DNA of 64,000 bases from Macrostomum hystrix (taxonomy: Eukaryota; Animalia; Platyhelminthes). Position numbers and translations under genes: made by a program. Below the pieces are notes generated by a model. The model had not been told where the DNA came from. It saw only the letters and a program-made list of their open reading frames with translations, and searched no databases. Location: assembly GCA_950097015.1 (NCBI GenBank), contig CATNEN010000003.1:5518001-5582000 (forward strand), given 5' to 3'. Below, in pieces: positions 13,517 through 33,700 of the stretch (position 1 is the stretch's first letter; every line of letters starts with the position of its first letter).

Positions 13517-14025
13517 TCAGTAGAGACTCACACCTGCCTGACTAGAAGTCACTCCTGTAAGACAGTAGAGAGTCACTCCTGTAAGAAAGTAGAGAGTCAC
13601 TCCTGTAAGACAGTAGAGAGTCACTCCTGTAAGAAAGTAGAGAGTCACTCCTGTAAGACAGTAGAGAGTCACTCCTGTAAGACAGTAGAGAGTCACTCCT
13701 GTAAGACAGTAGAGAGTCACTCCTGCAAGACAGTAGAGAGTCACTCCTGTAAGAAAGTAGAGAGTCACTCCTGTAAGACAGTAGAGAGTCACTCCTGTAA
13801 GACAGTAGAGAGTCACTCCTGCAAGACAGTAGAGTCACTCCTGTAAGACAGTAGAGAGTCACTCCTGTAAGACAGTAGAGAGTCACTCCTGTAAGAAAGT
13901 AGAGAGTCACTCCTGTAAGACAGTAGAGAGTCACTCCTGTAAGACAGTAGAGAGTCACTCCTGCAAGACAGTAGAGTCACTCCTGTAAGACAGTAGAGAG
14001 TCACTCCTGTAAGACAGTCACTCCT
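13517..14025. repeat. 24-bp minisatellite (GTCACTCCTGTAAGACAGTAGAGA)n
   Basis: Tandem units. Confidence 0.95.
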
Positions 14026-14790
14026 ACCTGTTAGAAAGCATTGTTAGTCCACAAATTATAACAGAAAATAACAAGGAGGCAGTTGACGTACATTTAGTAA
14101 TTTGTCGGTTTAAAAAATAATTAATATTTCCATTGACAGGTACAGTTGTCATGTTGACAACTGTAGCAAAATGTTGCGTTTGTAAATGTATATATGAGCT
14201 ATTAATAGCCTACAAAGTAAATGTAGAATCATTTGTCGTGTGATAAACATATTCTATCTGTTATCAGTATAACAATAGCAATGTTTATTAACAGAGATAT
14301 TTATATCGACCTGTTACACAACAAACACCAATATATAAACATAAAACAAAATAGTGCTGAACTCAAGGGATAAAAAATCCGAAATAAAATAGACATAATT
14401 TCAAAATAATATATAGCACAGCCGATTAAGGTGAAGAAATAAAATAATTGATATATTCTAATACGGAATACAATAAATATGAAGGAAAAAGAATACGAGA
14501 TTAAAATTCTAGACAAATATTTGTCTTGGCAATTATAATATGCAAAAGGTAAAAAAACACATTATAGGCAAATTACTCGTAATATAACACATAACTTAGG
14601 ATTTGAAATAAACATCCGGCACATACTACTAATAATCTGGTGTAAATAAAACTTCTAACGAGAAATGACAGATGATATGATGAAATTAGATTTAAGTTGT
14701 GTTTTTTCTAGAATAAATTTATGAAATGAAATTCTATATCAGCTCATAAATATACTTTGTAGAGATTTCTTTTCACTTGTAAAGAACCAG

Positions 14791-20872
<6,082 letters not shown>

Positions 20873-20989
20873 CTAAAATTTGAAGATTATTGTTAATTAA
20901 AATGAGAATTAAAGTTTATTAAGGTGGCTTTTCTGTATGTACGCATTACAAATACTATGTTATTTTAGTTGTATTAGTTTGCTCTTTAA

Positions 20990-22005
20990 CAGAAGTACTA
21001 TAAAGGAGGGATTTCTCGCCTGAGAATTTTTCACCCCACCCGAACGGAGCAACGCAAGCACACGAAACTCAAGAACAAGGGCCAACTTTTTTGCGCATCT
21101 TTTGAAACAAGAATCAATTCGCCAGCTCATTAGACCATCGGGATATTCAATGGCTCTGGTCGAAGGTCAGATTTTTCCAATAAGCGCTAGTGTATTTTAT
21201 AGACCCCTAATACACGAATTAGGGCGGATAGCTCGAGGGGCGGTTAGCTCAGTCAGTAAGGTGTCGGACTCTGGATCAGATGGTCCTGGGTTCGACTCGC
21301 GACCTAGTCTAGAACTATTCGTGCAGCCTTTGGCAAGCTGCTTTGCCCTGATGTGCACACAGTCTACTCAGCTGCAAATGAGTACCGAAATTTCGTCGGG
21401 TAATAATAATTCCAAGTGGCGTGAAATAAAGCAGTTCTGTGCGGCAATTCAGTGGGGTTCGGATGCTGCCGATATGTTTGGAAAAAATAAATTCCATTGC
21501 TGACACGCGGCTGTCAACCGGTGTCCGAGAGAGCCAGGGAGTACATTAGGTGTGCAGTCCCCACCTGCTAGTGTGCTTGACACACAACACCTGCACTGGC
21601 CCTTGGGTCTAGTGTCATTATTATTATTAATACACGAACTAGCACTGCGCCTCAGTGCGGCCTTGCCAAGCCTTCAAAATTTCTCAGCATGTCACCCGAA
21701 TGTGCCTGCATCACCTCCGTCTTCGGTGGTCAGCTATCTTTATCTAGACGGACTACTGAAACTTAAAGGGCTACAACAGGTGGAAAAGGCCACTATGGAC
21801 ACCCTGACGCGAGGTTTTCTAATTTCACTGATCAAGCCTAAATATTAGGCGCAGCTCAACCACAGGACACCATCGCCTAGTCTGTCAACCAATCAGTCAC
21901 CACCTAAAGCTGTGATTATGACATTATGACGCTGCAAAAAACTTCAGGGGGAGAAAACCCGCTTGGTTAAAAAACGGTGGGCAAAAAGGCTTGGTAGTCC
22001 AACTG
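20990..22005. mobile_element. MITE (same family as 87-663, inverted) flanked by TTAA and interrupted by a SINE
   Basis: TTAA|CAG...CTG|TTAA ends. Both halves match the reverse complement of 87-663. Confidence 0.75.
21219..21627 (+). mobile_element. tRNA-derived SINE with CORE-like domain, nested in the MITE
   Basis: A and B boxes (TAGCTCAGTCAG, GGTTCGACTC), (ATT)n tail, TSD TAATACACGAA. Absent from the 87-663 copy. Confidence 0.8.
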
Positions 22006-22834
22006 TTAAAAGTACATAGAATTTGTGCTTTTTGTTAAGTACACATATTAAATTACACCAGGAACCCAACGTGATTTCTTAATTTGAATGTTTTTTCACA
22101 ACTTCATATGATATAAAATAAAAACTCAGTACGACTGAGGCCAGTATATTGAGGGATTTCAACAGTTCCGGGTAATGTTGGTATATTTTTACAATTTCTT
22201 AGGAACAAAAAAATAATCAATGTAGAAAAATATGATTTAAAAGACACGAAAATTTCTGCAACACAAGAAAATAAAAAAGGAAGGAAGAAATACGCTCGTA
22301 CAGTACAGAAATGGTGCCTTCAGAAAATACAAAAATCATGAAATAGGGAAACATTATAGTCTCTTCCTTAGCGGAAAAAGGATTACAAACCGATTAAAAT
22401 TCTTACTTAAATCTGAAAAAACACCGAAAGCAAAAAATGAAGTTAAAGCAAGCAACACAGTTGCTTTTTTAAACATTTATGAAATATATATTTGTTCAGA
22501 GAACTGGTTTATCTAGAAGAGACAACAAAAAAACACAAAAATTCGAATTTTCTTTATAAAAAACGATTCATATACTACTTCTCTACTGATGATGCCTTTT
22601 TGGCAGACAAAATTTACAAACCTTTCGATACTTTCGATATCAAAGACAATATACTCTAAAGTGTTCGGTAATTCCAAGAAATCAGCGAATTATCCTAGGC
22701 ATTTATTTAAACAAAAAGCAAAACTAGCTGCGACGCTAAATATTTCATTTCTTTGTTCTCCGTTAGTAGAAAAGACGCGGAAAAGCTAAATTAAAGAATC
22801 GAAATACTGTCTGTCAAAACTAACCAGTTGAGAC

Positions 22835-23093
22835 CTATAAGCCCGCGGTGTACCTGCCAGAGTTAAATGTTGGTCCACCTGGTGCAGCTGAGAGGCTATT
22901 GACTGGCGTTGGCGAACCGATAATCTCCAGATTAGGCCTATTGTGATATTCGCTACTATTTAGAGCAGCTTTATCGCCGTAATAGAAGGTTTTTGAGTCC
23001 GCCAACTGGGCCGCTTCGCGCAACGCCTGCGACTGTGGCGGCGGCGGCTGTGGTTGAACTTGTGCGGCCGGTGTTGGACGAAGCTGCTGCTGT

Positions 23094-23126
<33 letters not shown>

Positions 23127-23675
23127 GACATTGGCGGAGGTGGAGGCGGCGGTGGCGGTGGCGGTGGCGGCGGAGGCAACTGCTGAATAGGATAGCCTCC
23201 TAAAGGCGGACGAGTGTTTCTACGCTGAACTGGTTTCTGCTGCTGCTGCTGCTGCTGCTGTGACATTGGCGGAGGTGGAGGCGGCGGTGGCGGTGGCGGT
23301 GGCGGCGGAGGCAACTGCTGAATAGGATAGCCTCCTAAAGGCGGACGAGTGTTTCTACGCTGAACTGGTTTCTGCTGCTGCTGCTGCTGCTGCTGAGACA
23401 ATGGCAGCAGCTGTCGCTGTCCCAGAAGTGGCTGCTCAGATTGATTGAACTGTTGAGCAAGGGCGCGCACTTTACCAGTTCGTATGGGATTGGATTCCAA
23501 CGGTGCAGGATTATAGGAATAGGTAAGGTGACGCGGCTGACGATTCTCTGAGTACCAGAACGCTTCAGAATTGTCGCCGGGATCTTTCAATGGTTGAGAA
23601 GATGGCTGCTGTCTCTGCCGTTGCTGCTGCTGCGGCTGGACCTGTGGCTGCGTCTGCGGTGGCGGCGGCGGTGGC

Positions 23676-23706
<31 letters not shown>

Positions 23707-25708
23707 GCTGCTGCATCGGCTGCTGCTGTTGCATTTGTCCGTGGCCATTTCCAAGCCAATTCTCGATTCGTTGAGTAGTGTGTCTAGGCTGAGGCTGATG
23801 CGGCTGCTGCTGCGGTTGATAGTGATGATACTGCTGCTGGGTTTGCCGCCGTCGCTCTGAAGCTGGAACAGCGCGCAGAATAGCATTAGCAACCTCTTCG
23901 CCAGTGGGACTAGTTGGAAGCGTCTGTGATGATGCGGAAGAAAATCCGGGCGACAATTCCAGTGCATTTGGCCGGCGACGGTAATGATTGGCGGTGGAAA
24001 CAGGCAGTGGAAACGTCTGTGTAGCTTTGTCATTGCTGCACTGCGCAGCTGGTTCATTGCGTTGCTGCGACCTGGAGCGGGAACGATAACTTCGCCCATT
24101 TCTTTCAGTATCTTTGGCATCTTCTGTGTCCCACAGTCGACGCAGTGCATCGTCCACGGCAGCTGCCGCAGCTTTGGCGGCGGCACCAGCGGCGCGAGAA
24201 CTTCTACGCGGCCTGAGAATTTCAGTATCAATCGAAGAAGCCGCGTCGCCATTGTTGTCGTAGTGATTATGAGGAGGCTCTCTAGGATTGTGTCGGGAGT
24301 CGAGATTTTGCGAATACTGCTGCTGAGGTCGTGCGCTTTGACGTCGCTCATAGGTATGACTGCTGACGTCTACTTCGTCGTCGGAAATCGGCTGCGGCGG
24401 AGGCGGCTGCGGCTGCTGCGACTGAGTAAGTGGTCGACTGTTTCCTGCGGCGCCAGCACGCTGGGGCGAACTGGCAGCGCTTCGATAGCCCGATGTGGTG
24501 GTGCGACTTGGCTGACGCTCGTCTGAGTCCTTTCGTTGCAATGGCGGCGGCTGTGACTGCTGCTGATGCTCTTGCATCACTGCCGGTTGCGTGGGTGGCA
24601 ACGTTGAAGGCGGAGGCGATACCGGACTGTCATTATCATAGCCGCCATCGTCGAAATCGTCAATCAAAGACGACTGTCGCCGAAAGTCTGAATGCGAACG
24701 GCCGCTGCGACGCGTCTTGGCGATGCAGGCCGGTCGGCGAGGCACGAGGCGAATCTGCGGCGGCGGCGACGTTGACGCGGGCTGAATCGAACGCCGAAAC
24801 TCCGCCTTGGGCTGCGGTGAAGTCGACGATGTTCTACGCCTACGATGATCAAGCTCATCGCGGCTTCTGTAGCCGATGTCCTGACGGTTATCATCGTCCT
24901 CCTTGTAGTTGTGGGAGCCTTTCGATGAAGGCAGGCGAACTTCAAATGCAACCGGCGACAGCAGAATCGGCGACGTAGCCGTGTCTACTAATGCCTGACG
25001 CGGTGGCGAATACCTTCGACGGCCGTGCTGCGGAGGCGAATTCTGCGACTGACCGGACGGAGGCGGAGGCCACACTAGGCCTTCGTCTGACGTGCCGACA
25101 CAGCGATGCTTTAGCTCCGGCTGATAATGATGACGCTGCTGCTGCTGCTGCTGCTGCTGCTTTGGTTGTCTTGGCTGCGGTGGCGGAGAATGCAACGGTG
25201 ACATTGACGGAGATCGAGTTTGCGACGTAGTCGGCGGTTTACGAGTTTCACTGCGACTTCTTCTGCGACTATGCAACGCTTCATCTAGTTGATTGTTATC
25301 ATTTTCATAGTCGTCGTCTTCGTAGTCAAAATCCGTAGCCCAAGGAGGCCTGCTGCCGTACAGGCTGTGGACTTTTAAATGTCGACGCTCTTCAACGCGC
25401 GGCGGCGCGTTGATCATTCGATCAGCTGAATGGCCGCGCTGTTGCTGACCGCGTCGCAGCGGTGAACCGTCGGTTTGCGTTGATGGCTGCTGCTGCTGTG
25501 TCTCAACCTGCGCCGCCGCTGTTGGCACCACCGGCTGCGACGGCCTTGGATTTGGCAAAGCCGACTTAGCTGCCGCGCTTTCCCGACGAAGATTTGTAGT
25601 GCGATTCGCAGTCAGACTGCGCCCAGTTGAAGCGGCGGCATGCTTTGGCGGTACAGGTTTAATACCGAACTGTTTGGGCTTGCCACCAGCCCCCGAGGCG
25701 ATGGGCAT
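22835..25708 (-). CDS. 957-aa Pro/Gln/Ser-rich disordered protein or large alternative exon of the LIM gene
   Basis: Uninterrupted GC-rich 2.9-kb ORF in AT-rich surroundings, with poly-Pro and poly-Gln tracts and an in-frame stop upstream of the ATG. Confidence 0.75.
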
Positions 25709-26177
25709 GGCTCTTATTTGAGCTTGGAACTTTCAATAATTATCGGCGAGTCTGCGATGAAATCTAAAATGCAAATTAATGCGCGGAAAGTCGTCTGAGT
25801 CGCGAAAACTTGCTGTCAGATTTAGTAACAATGAATAAACATTTTTCAGCTAAAACATTTAAAACTGCAAATACCAAAATGAACTGTCTACGCTCGTATA
25901 ATTACCCCTGGTTAAGCTGAAGATAATTACCCCCCTTTTAGCTGTCGATAATTATCCCAATTCAGCCGACGATAACTATTCAAATTGAGCTGTAAATAAT
26001 TACGACATTTTAATTAATTACCCCATAATTACCCCAGCTATCGGTAATTACTTCCTTTGAGCTGTCGACGAAAGTGGATATTACAACTACCTATCTGATG
26101 CGACGAAATCAAAGTTGTATTCATTTAAACCAATTATTAACAGCTATTTATAGAAACAATGGTATGCTATAACTCAC

Positions 26178-26261
26178 CTTAGAGACTGATATAAGTCCAC
26201 CGATAGATGAAAGCAGCGCTTTAGAGTTGGAATCTTCAGTTATCAGACTAACTGAGCTCTT
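26178..26261 (-). CDS. Candidate upstream exon of the LIM locus (coding or 5' UTR)
   Basis: TTTTTTAG acceptor and GTGAGT donor. 84 nt, open in phase 0. Confidence 0.45.
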
Positions 26262-28987
26262 CTAAAAAAATTAATCAATTCAGAGAGAAAATAGAAATAA
26301 GTTCTGAGCTGTTGAGACATTGGTTCTTGTTTAGCCACTAGAGGAGTCGATCAGCCCAGCAAAATATCGATTTCCATTTCTACTCACAATTTCCTTCCCT
26401 CACTGCTTGTGGGTAAAACTATTTTTTTCTATTTCCTAATGTACACCGCCACTTCCCGTACACTTCCAGAAATTGCGAAACGGACACCGCCCCAGGATCA
26501 GAATCGATTGGATCGAGGTATGATTTGGAGCAGCTGAAATTCTCTACCCCTGTCTACTTTTTTCTTTACTTTAGAACAGTTTTCTCAAACGCCCCGATAG
26601 GCTAAAGCTAAAACATGCGTTCTTGTGCCTTAGAAAAATTGCTGCCAAGTAAATAGGATCATATCTGTGTTAGGCATTGGTCCGTCAATAAGAGCGTTCA
26701 CTTTACATTTTAACGGATCATAGAAACACACCAACTTTACTTTTTGTTAACTTTTTAACGACTTTTCATTCGCGTTTTTTTTTCAATTTAACGACTGATC
26801 GGTCCGTCAACTTTTGTCAAAATCAATTTTTTCTTAGACAAGCGGAAACTCAACTGACAATAAACATTGAAGCAATGAGCCAAAACAGTTTTCAATTTAA
26901 TAACATTTACAATCGCTACTCTCTGCTGCATTACAGTTTCGTCCCAAAATAAATTTAACTTTTCTTAACGATGAAAAGTTACCTCGATCCCATTACTTTT
27001 TTGTTTTCCAAGTAAAAACTCGTTCATTTCAGAAGTTAAAAATAGTTTTAACGATGTCCAATATAATAAGTAGTGAATGAGTGTCGCTTATTACTTTTAA
27101 GAAGGTAGAGTAGCCTATGTCAGAGAATCTATGCTCAGAGAGTATAGACTAGTGGTGGGTTGACTAAAATCAATAGTAACTTGTCAATTGTCTAACAAAT
27201 TTCCTATACAACATACTCTGCATGCGTTGAAAGGTTTCATACAAAGAGTAAAAATTCACAATGACTAAATAAAAGTTGGAAAAGTAAGTCGATCTAGAGT
27301 CACATATATATAGAAGTAGCAAGCACTAAAGCTTATATGCATATTGATCTCGCCGCTTAGAAATAACTGGCTTAATTCAATTATGCTACTGAAATTAAGT
27401 AGTAAAGACAGGTAACTTTCTTTCGATCTTGTCCTAAAGTAATCGATTGTAACAAGAATTCTGAGAGATATACTAAATCAGCTAACTACTATAAACTTAA
27501 AAAGTTTTTATGACACAAATAAACGTCATATAGCTATTAAAAATCCGTGAAAACTTTTTATTACATGCTTCTCAAAGAAAGGACCATGCACTAGAACTAC
27601 AAGACAGTTTGTCCTTTAGGAATCAATTATGTAAGGCTATCAAAAATAATATTCAAATGAATCTATAAAAGATTAGTAATTTATACTCGTAGTAGCAATT
27701 AAACACACTATTACATGGACTTCTTGAAAGCACAATCACCTGTACAATGGAGATTTTGACATCCAGAAAAATATTATGTACAACTGTTATAATTATTTAA
27801 TTTATTACGACTAACCTAACTGGACTAGGTGGGTACGGCTGTTCAGTCCATGGACTGGGGAGACGCCACACCCATACTCTGCAGTTACCCACCTGATGCT
27901 GGCACCCATTAAACAGCTGGGTAAACAGAAGCAATGCAGAGTAAAGTGTCTTGCAAAACCATGCTAAGCCTTAAAGTTGTGAGTTCGATTGCTAGGCAAC
28001 AACCCATAACATAAAATGCCTAGGCTGTTACTATTCAGATGTACTTTTGGGTCAGGTGTACAGTTGGGTCAGATGTACAGTTGGGTCAGTTGTGCAGTTG
28101 GGTTAGATGCATGGATAGTGGCAGAGCTGCAGCTATTGCACATAAAATCTAAAGTAAAATGTATATCAGCCAGTCAAAAGACAGGGAAGGTCATCCTCCC
28201 TTCCACTAAAATAGTGCTAAGATTCGAACTCAGGACCTCTAAGTCCAAAGCACAAAGCCCAAACCACAGGGCTCAACTTTGTTTAGTGATAAAACCTGTC
28301 ATCAATACAGAATAAAATTAGTAACACTTAAAAAAATGATTTTAAACTAAATAACTTCAACTAAAAAAATGTAAAACTGACTTACACTAGAACTATCAGA
28401 AAGTGAAGATGGACAGAAATCCAAATCTAGTGACTGATTATTTGCAGTTTTCTCTCCAAGGCCTGGCGTTGACTGCATGTAGTTTAATGTCTAATGTAAA
28501 TATGTCAGACATTTTTTGGTGTAACAAAAATGATGAGTACTGAAATATTATGTAAACTATAAAATCTGTGACTACATACCTCTGGTGACTGAATATCATG
28601 ACCAGAATTTTCAAATTCGAATAGATCACTGGTATCTGTCATGCTTTTAACATGGACTCAATAAAAACTGAAATAAATAAGATATCATTCAGGTCATTTT
28701 TAAAAAAGAACAGGATAACAAAAATAACAACGGCAAGCTATTTTTGTTAAAAATAAATTGCGTTTACTTTACTTAACTAGCTTTTATGGTGTTAAAGTAA
28801 CAAAAAATACTAGAAAGCTAACTAACCAAGAAATGCTAGAGCAAATTATTATCTTAAATATTTACAGTAGCTTTACAAATGCAAAGTTTACAACAGTTTT
28901 TCAGCATATCAAAGAATTACAAATGGGCTATTTTTTACCTATTTTTATAACATAACCTTTTTACTGATTTTTTAATCAAGAAAATCT

Positions 28988-29129
28988 GAAACTCTCATAA
29001 AGACCTTCACTAATGACCTACAGGCCATCAACCTCACTCTGCTTGAGGCTACTTCCTGCCCCTCTGAGCTTTTTCGTGAGCGTGTGAGCACTAAGGGTCT
29101 CTGACTCTTCAGCGTCTTAATAATAATTA
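28988..29129 (+). mobile_element. 5'-truncated non-LTR retrotransposon (RTE-like) 3' end
   Basis: 15-bp TSD TAATCAAGAAAATCT on both sides, (TAA)n tail, short residual ORF end (TLIKTFTNDLQAINLTL). Confidence 0.6.
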
Positions 29130-31411
29130 TAATCAAGAAAATCTTAGACCAGCCATGCTTCATCAACCCCAAAAAAAGTCCTAGATTTTAATTCAAATAC
29201 CCTGAAGCAGTTTGTAGACTTAGTGAAGCTAAGGCTAGTTATTAAACTTCTAAAAATCAAATCATGCTAGAAAGGACATGACTAAAGCCCAACAGTTAGA
29301 TATCTGTATTGGGCCTAGTTAAATAAATGAGTATAGATATATTTGTAATGTTATTTTTATAAAAATAATTATACTTAGATAGCTATTATATAATTAAGAT
29401 AATAGGTAAAAGTAGCTAGGAAAGCCAACTTCATTTTTTTAATGTTCCAGGCCAACTTTTTTTTGTACTGCTCCTTTTGGAATAAGTTAAAATCATTAAG
29501 ATATTCATTGGGTCTAATCTAAAATTAAAGTTAGAAATTACAAGCTCATTAACAAAAAATGAGAACTAATTGAATTGTTTGTTTTACACATTGAATTTAT
29601 AAATTATAAATTATAAATATAAATTTAGCTTTTTTTCATAAATGAGTATACAAATGAAAGCATATTTGCATTTAAACTTTAGCTACTTTACAAAGCCAAA
29701 AATACTGATATGCTAAAAGCCAAATCATATTATTCTTAATATTAGAGACAAAAAAATATTTTTTAAACCTTAACAATAGGTCGAAAAGGGAAGTAAGTCC
29801 CAGGAAGCGCATGTAGAGGTTGAGCTTTGTATTTTTGGTAATGGATGTTTAATACCTAATTGATTATGGTCATTCACAGACTCACAGTCTTTAATTGACG
29901 CACTACAATCGCAGCTCCTTACTCCTTACAACAAGTACACTACAAGACACGCACGATATCTAAAAAAATTGTTTTTGAAATCGCTCTGTAGTTATCGCAT
30001 TTAAAAAAGTGCCATTACAGCAAAACAACAACGTGTAACAACATACTTTTTGTAAAGCAAAAAAACAAACTACTGAGACTAATGCGGCAGAATAAGTAAG
30101 TAAATCAAGTAATATGAGTCTAGGTGTGGTATATTTTATGTGACACATCAACACTCCACAATAATTGATCCAGAATAGAAGTCACGTAGAAGTCCTAAAA
30201 AGAGTAAAATTGACTTGAGGTGCATACCATGGATAGACCTCTACTACACTACCACATAGTAGTAATACTACAGCTTTACTTTCTTAGATTATGTAAGATG
30301 TATATAGATATCAACATGTGTATTTTAGAAGTGCCGTCGTTTTACTTGCTGCGTCGTTTCAATAGTTGATTAAAGCGTTTCCAATTTTTCTAATTCAGTT
30401 AGCACTGAATTAAGATTCCATTGATCAAGACTTCTAATATAGTTATATAGTTATCTAATATAGTTAAATTAGTTGAATCGGCTAAGCTATACTTTAATTT
30501 TTTTGCCTGGCGACATTTTCAAGTGTTATCAAGCAGGAGTACGGTAGCCTTGCGTGGTTATACAGCTAGTCCTGCATGATCGAATATACATAACATCTGC
30601 TAGATACCTAAAATTAGCTTAATACGATTAACTTTAAGAACAAAGAATTTTGCACTTTTGTCTGAGTCGTTGTTAGAATTGATCGACATCAAAGCACAAC
30701 ATTAATTCTAGTATTGGTCACCCTTATTTTATCTCGACTGAATTATGAGAGTATATAGTACGTAAAACCGCATACACTTTCAGTTTGTTTAAGAGTACTT
30801 TTCAAAGCAACGAATCTCTTAAATTACCTACAAGGATAGCACAGATTTGCCCATTGCTCTCCATCTCCAAGACGATAGCCCCCGTAATCCCCTCCACTCC
30901 TGCCCATTGTCCAAAAATTTCCAAAACTATAGTCCCTCCTAATTCCCTGCCCTGGCTCCATTGTTAAAATTTCCCGGTCTTAAGCCCCTCTGCCAAATTT
31001 ACATGCATTTGCCCCTCCCGCTAAGTCCCTCCACCGTCAAGAGACCCTCGCGCACGTTGACTCCTCGGCCCGCCCTATGCATTCGCCTCGCGCACCCACT
31101 AATTGCCTCCAAACACAAACACTCCTATTGCCCAGCTCGCACCTTGAGCCCTCGTGCCCAGCCCAGCCAAAACACCCTTTCCCTCTCTAACCCAAACCCG
31201 ACCCATTGGCTCCCCGGCCCACCCTTGCCCAAACCAATACCGACCCCTTCCTCCTTTCACTCATTACTCTGACCCTATGCGGACCCTCATTTTTTCTCCC
31301 ATTTGTCAGTTTGTTACCCCTGCTCAACTCCCATTTGCCAACTGTAACCCCTACCCTCTTTTCATTCGCTCCCGACCCTTGCGCCTTTTAATGTAATTTT
31401 ATTATTATATA

Positions 31412-33622
31412 TGATGTGGAGTGTGCTGCAGGAATCGAGTGGGGATGTTAGCCAGCAGAATTTTTCGAAATTTTAGGCAGTTAATAATCGCGACCCAACT
31501 AGCAGCTGGCCACAAAAGCAAGTTCATTAATCTTATATAAGGCCGGGTTTGGGGCGGCGGTGATTTAAGTAGCCACCGAATCCCCTCTCCCTGGATCTGT
31601 CTAGACCCTTGTAGGAATGACTGATCGCAGCCATAACTTTATTGTATGAACTAGTTTAGGTCATAATTCCCCTCCAAACCGCGATCAGATATCGGGAATC
31701 ACTCGGGCATTATGAGTGATCATTAATTCTTCATGTCCCCTCTTCTTTACAGTATTCGAGCCCAGCTCGACTTTAAGACCTTCTCCCTTTTAGATACGAG
31801 CCGTACATGTAAATGTCACTGTAGGCAGGTCGGCGCCTGCGCTTCCCATTGTCCTGGCAGAGTAACAATCATTGGCCGACTGCCGGCGGCTGCTCGCGAG
31901 GAGCATCTGTCGTTTCCCGCCGCCGGTTCATTGGGTAATCAGGGCGGCCTATCGCCGCCCTGATACCTCGTTGACAGGCTGGCGCGAATGTGGGTTGTTT
32001 TGATGAATGTCGAGGTTGGCGTGCTGCAGGACTATTTAAGAAAGCGCGCTGCGCTGCTCCCCCTAGGACCTCCACCCAGAGACTTAACCGGCTTGCGGAC
32101 CCGTCTTCCCCGACGGACCCTCCGGACTTATCTCTCCCACTTAGGGCTTAGACCCTAGAGCTATAAGCTTAGCTAAGCGCTCACAGGCTCATTGCCTGCT
32201 CCTAATCCCCTAATAGCGCAAGCCACCTCTTTAGGTGAGCTCTCAAATTGAGCCACTGAGCTCCACTGGTGCGTTGGCCCCTGCCAGCTCGCAATTAGCT
32301 TTCCCCCTTCTCTGCCTTGTCTAATTTTGCCTTACCTCTCCCCCGAGAACTGCAGGACTGCAGCACGCGGCCGATCGGCGTTCAGATAAGTAACCCGCGC
32401 AGCGGTTATTGATTGTTATTCCAAAGGGACTTTTCTACTAGTTGGGCGGCACTTTAGTGGGAAAGGGCACTGGGACTTTTGGCTTAATATAAAGTTCGTC
32501 ACTAGCCAATCAAACTACTTTAGGCCAATTTAAGTACAATTAAATCTTTTCATTCTGTGTCCGCCTCTATTTTTATTTCTCTCTTAGACAGCCCTCAGCC
32601 ATGAGCGGCTAATTCACTAGGGGGTGGGCTCTGGTGATGCTGAGCTGAAGTTTGCGGCAGGAAGACAACTGTCAGCGCGCATAAGAGTAATAGGGCGGGC
32701 CCAAAGTGTACGTGCCGAACTCCCTTTCCAATGGAATTTCCCCCCTGTCCCCCTTTCGCAACCGCGGCCACGGGAGCGAGAGTGATGATCTAATAATCTA
32801 TCGCTTGCATAATCACTCAGCCAGTGTTCTGCTCAATCTCTCCAGCCTCTGATTTCCTTAACTCACACAGATGTGTAGGCTGCAGTCTAATGTATAGAAT
32901 GTGTCTGATGTCTTATGAGTAGGATTTCGGCTATGGATTCTCATTCAAGTTCTTAGTACCACCTTTCTAGACCCCTGTAGCGCGAATTCAGGAATCCCAT
33001 TTTGAGGCGTGTCTCGATCCATTCTGGGGCTCTCACCCCAGTCTAAAACGGAAGTTGCAGAATGCCCTATTTTTCGGCTTGTCTAGATCTGCGTGATAAA
33101 CTGGGAGCTGTGTTACTCCGGGGACCCAAGTTCCCAAATGTCTGCGGTGGCAACGTAGGCGCATTGGGTGGTGGCGCTACCCTCGATCATCTATCCGCTT
33201 TGCCGATAGCCCTTCCGCTTTTCTATGACAAGAGCCTAGGCCGATTCGACCACCGCTACCAAGGTTAGGAGTCAGTTGCGCACGTACTACTGACGACAGT
33301 AGACTAACCAGCCCTGTCCTGTCCGATTCCGGATAGTCGGACACCTCTCCTTAGACTTTTAGCCGGTTTCGAGCACTGCTTGGGGTAGGCACGGCAGTCA
33401 TGCCTGTGGCCTATGGGACGAGTGGGACTGGCCAGCCTGAGGCCGATAGGACCACTCCCTGCATCCGCTGAACCTCCCTTCTCTCTCTCCCTTCATCTCC
33501 TCCCTCTCTCCGCAACATCTCGCGAGTAGCTAGGCGGATATTTAAGTCGACTCTGTCGCCCGCCTTAGGAATCTTCTCTCATGAGGGCAGGTCAGCGGTT
33601 GCAAAACACCCAAACCATTACA
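31412..33622. mobile_element. Solo LTR (Gypsy-like), ~2.2 kb
   Basis: TG...CA termini, 4-bp TATA TSD, no long ORF. The empty site is at about 40945 in copy 2. Confidence 0.75.
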
Positions 33623-33662
33623 TATATTCAAATATACCCGCCTTAGACTCTTCACTTATTCA

Positions 33663-33700
33663 GCTCTTGATAAAGGTAAACCCGCCGAAACGCGTCGAGC
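33663..33700 (+). ncRNA. Minimal type I hammerhead ribozyme (U3-A8 core variant), Penelope-like pLTR
   Basis: GCTC-TTGATAA-A-GGT(AAACCC)GCC-GAAA-CGCG-TC-GAGC gives stems I and II plus a palindromic stem III loop. Confidence 0.7.
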
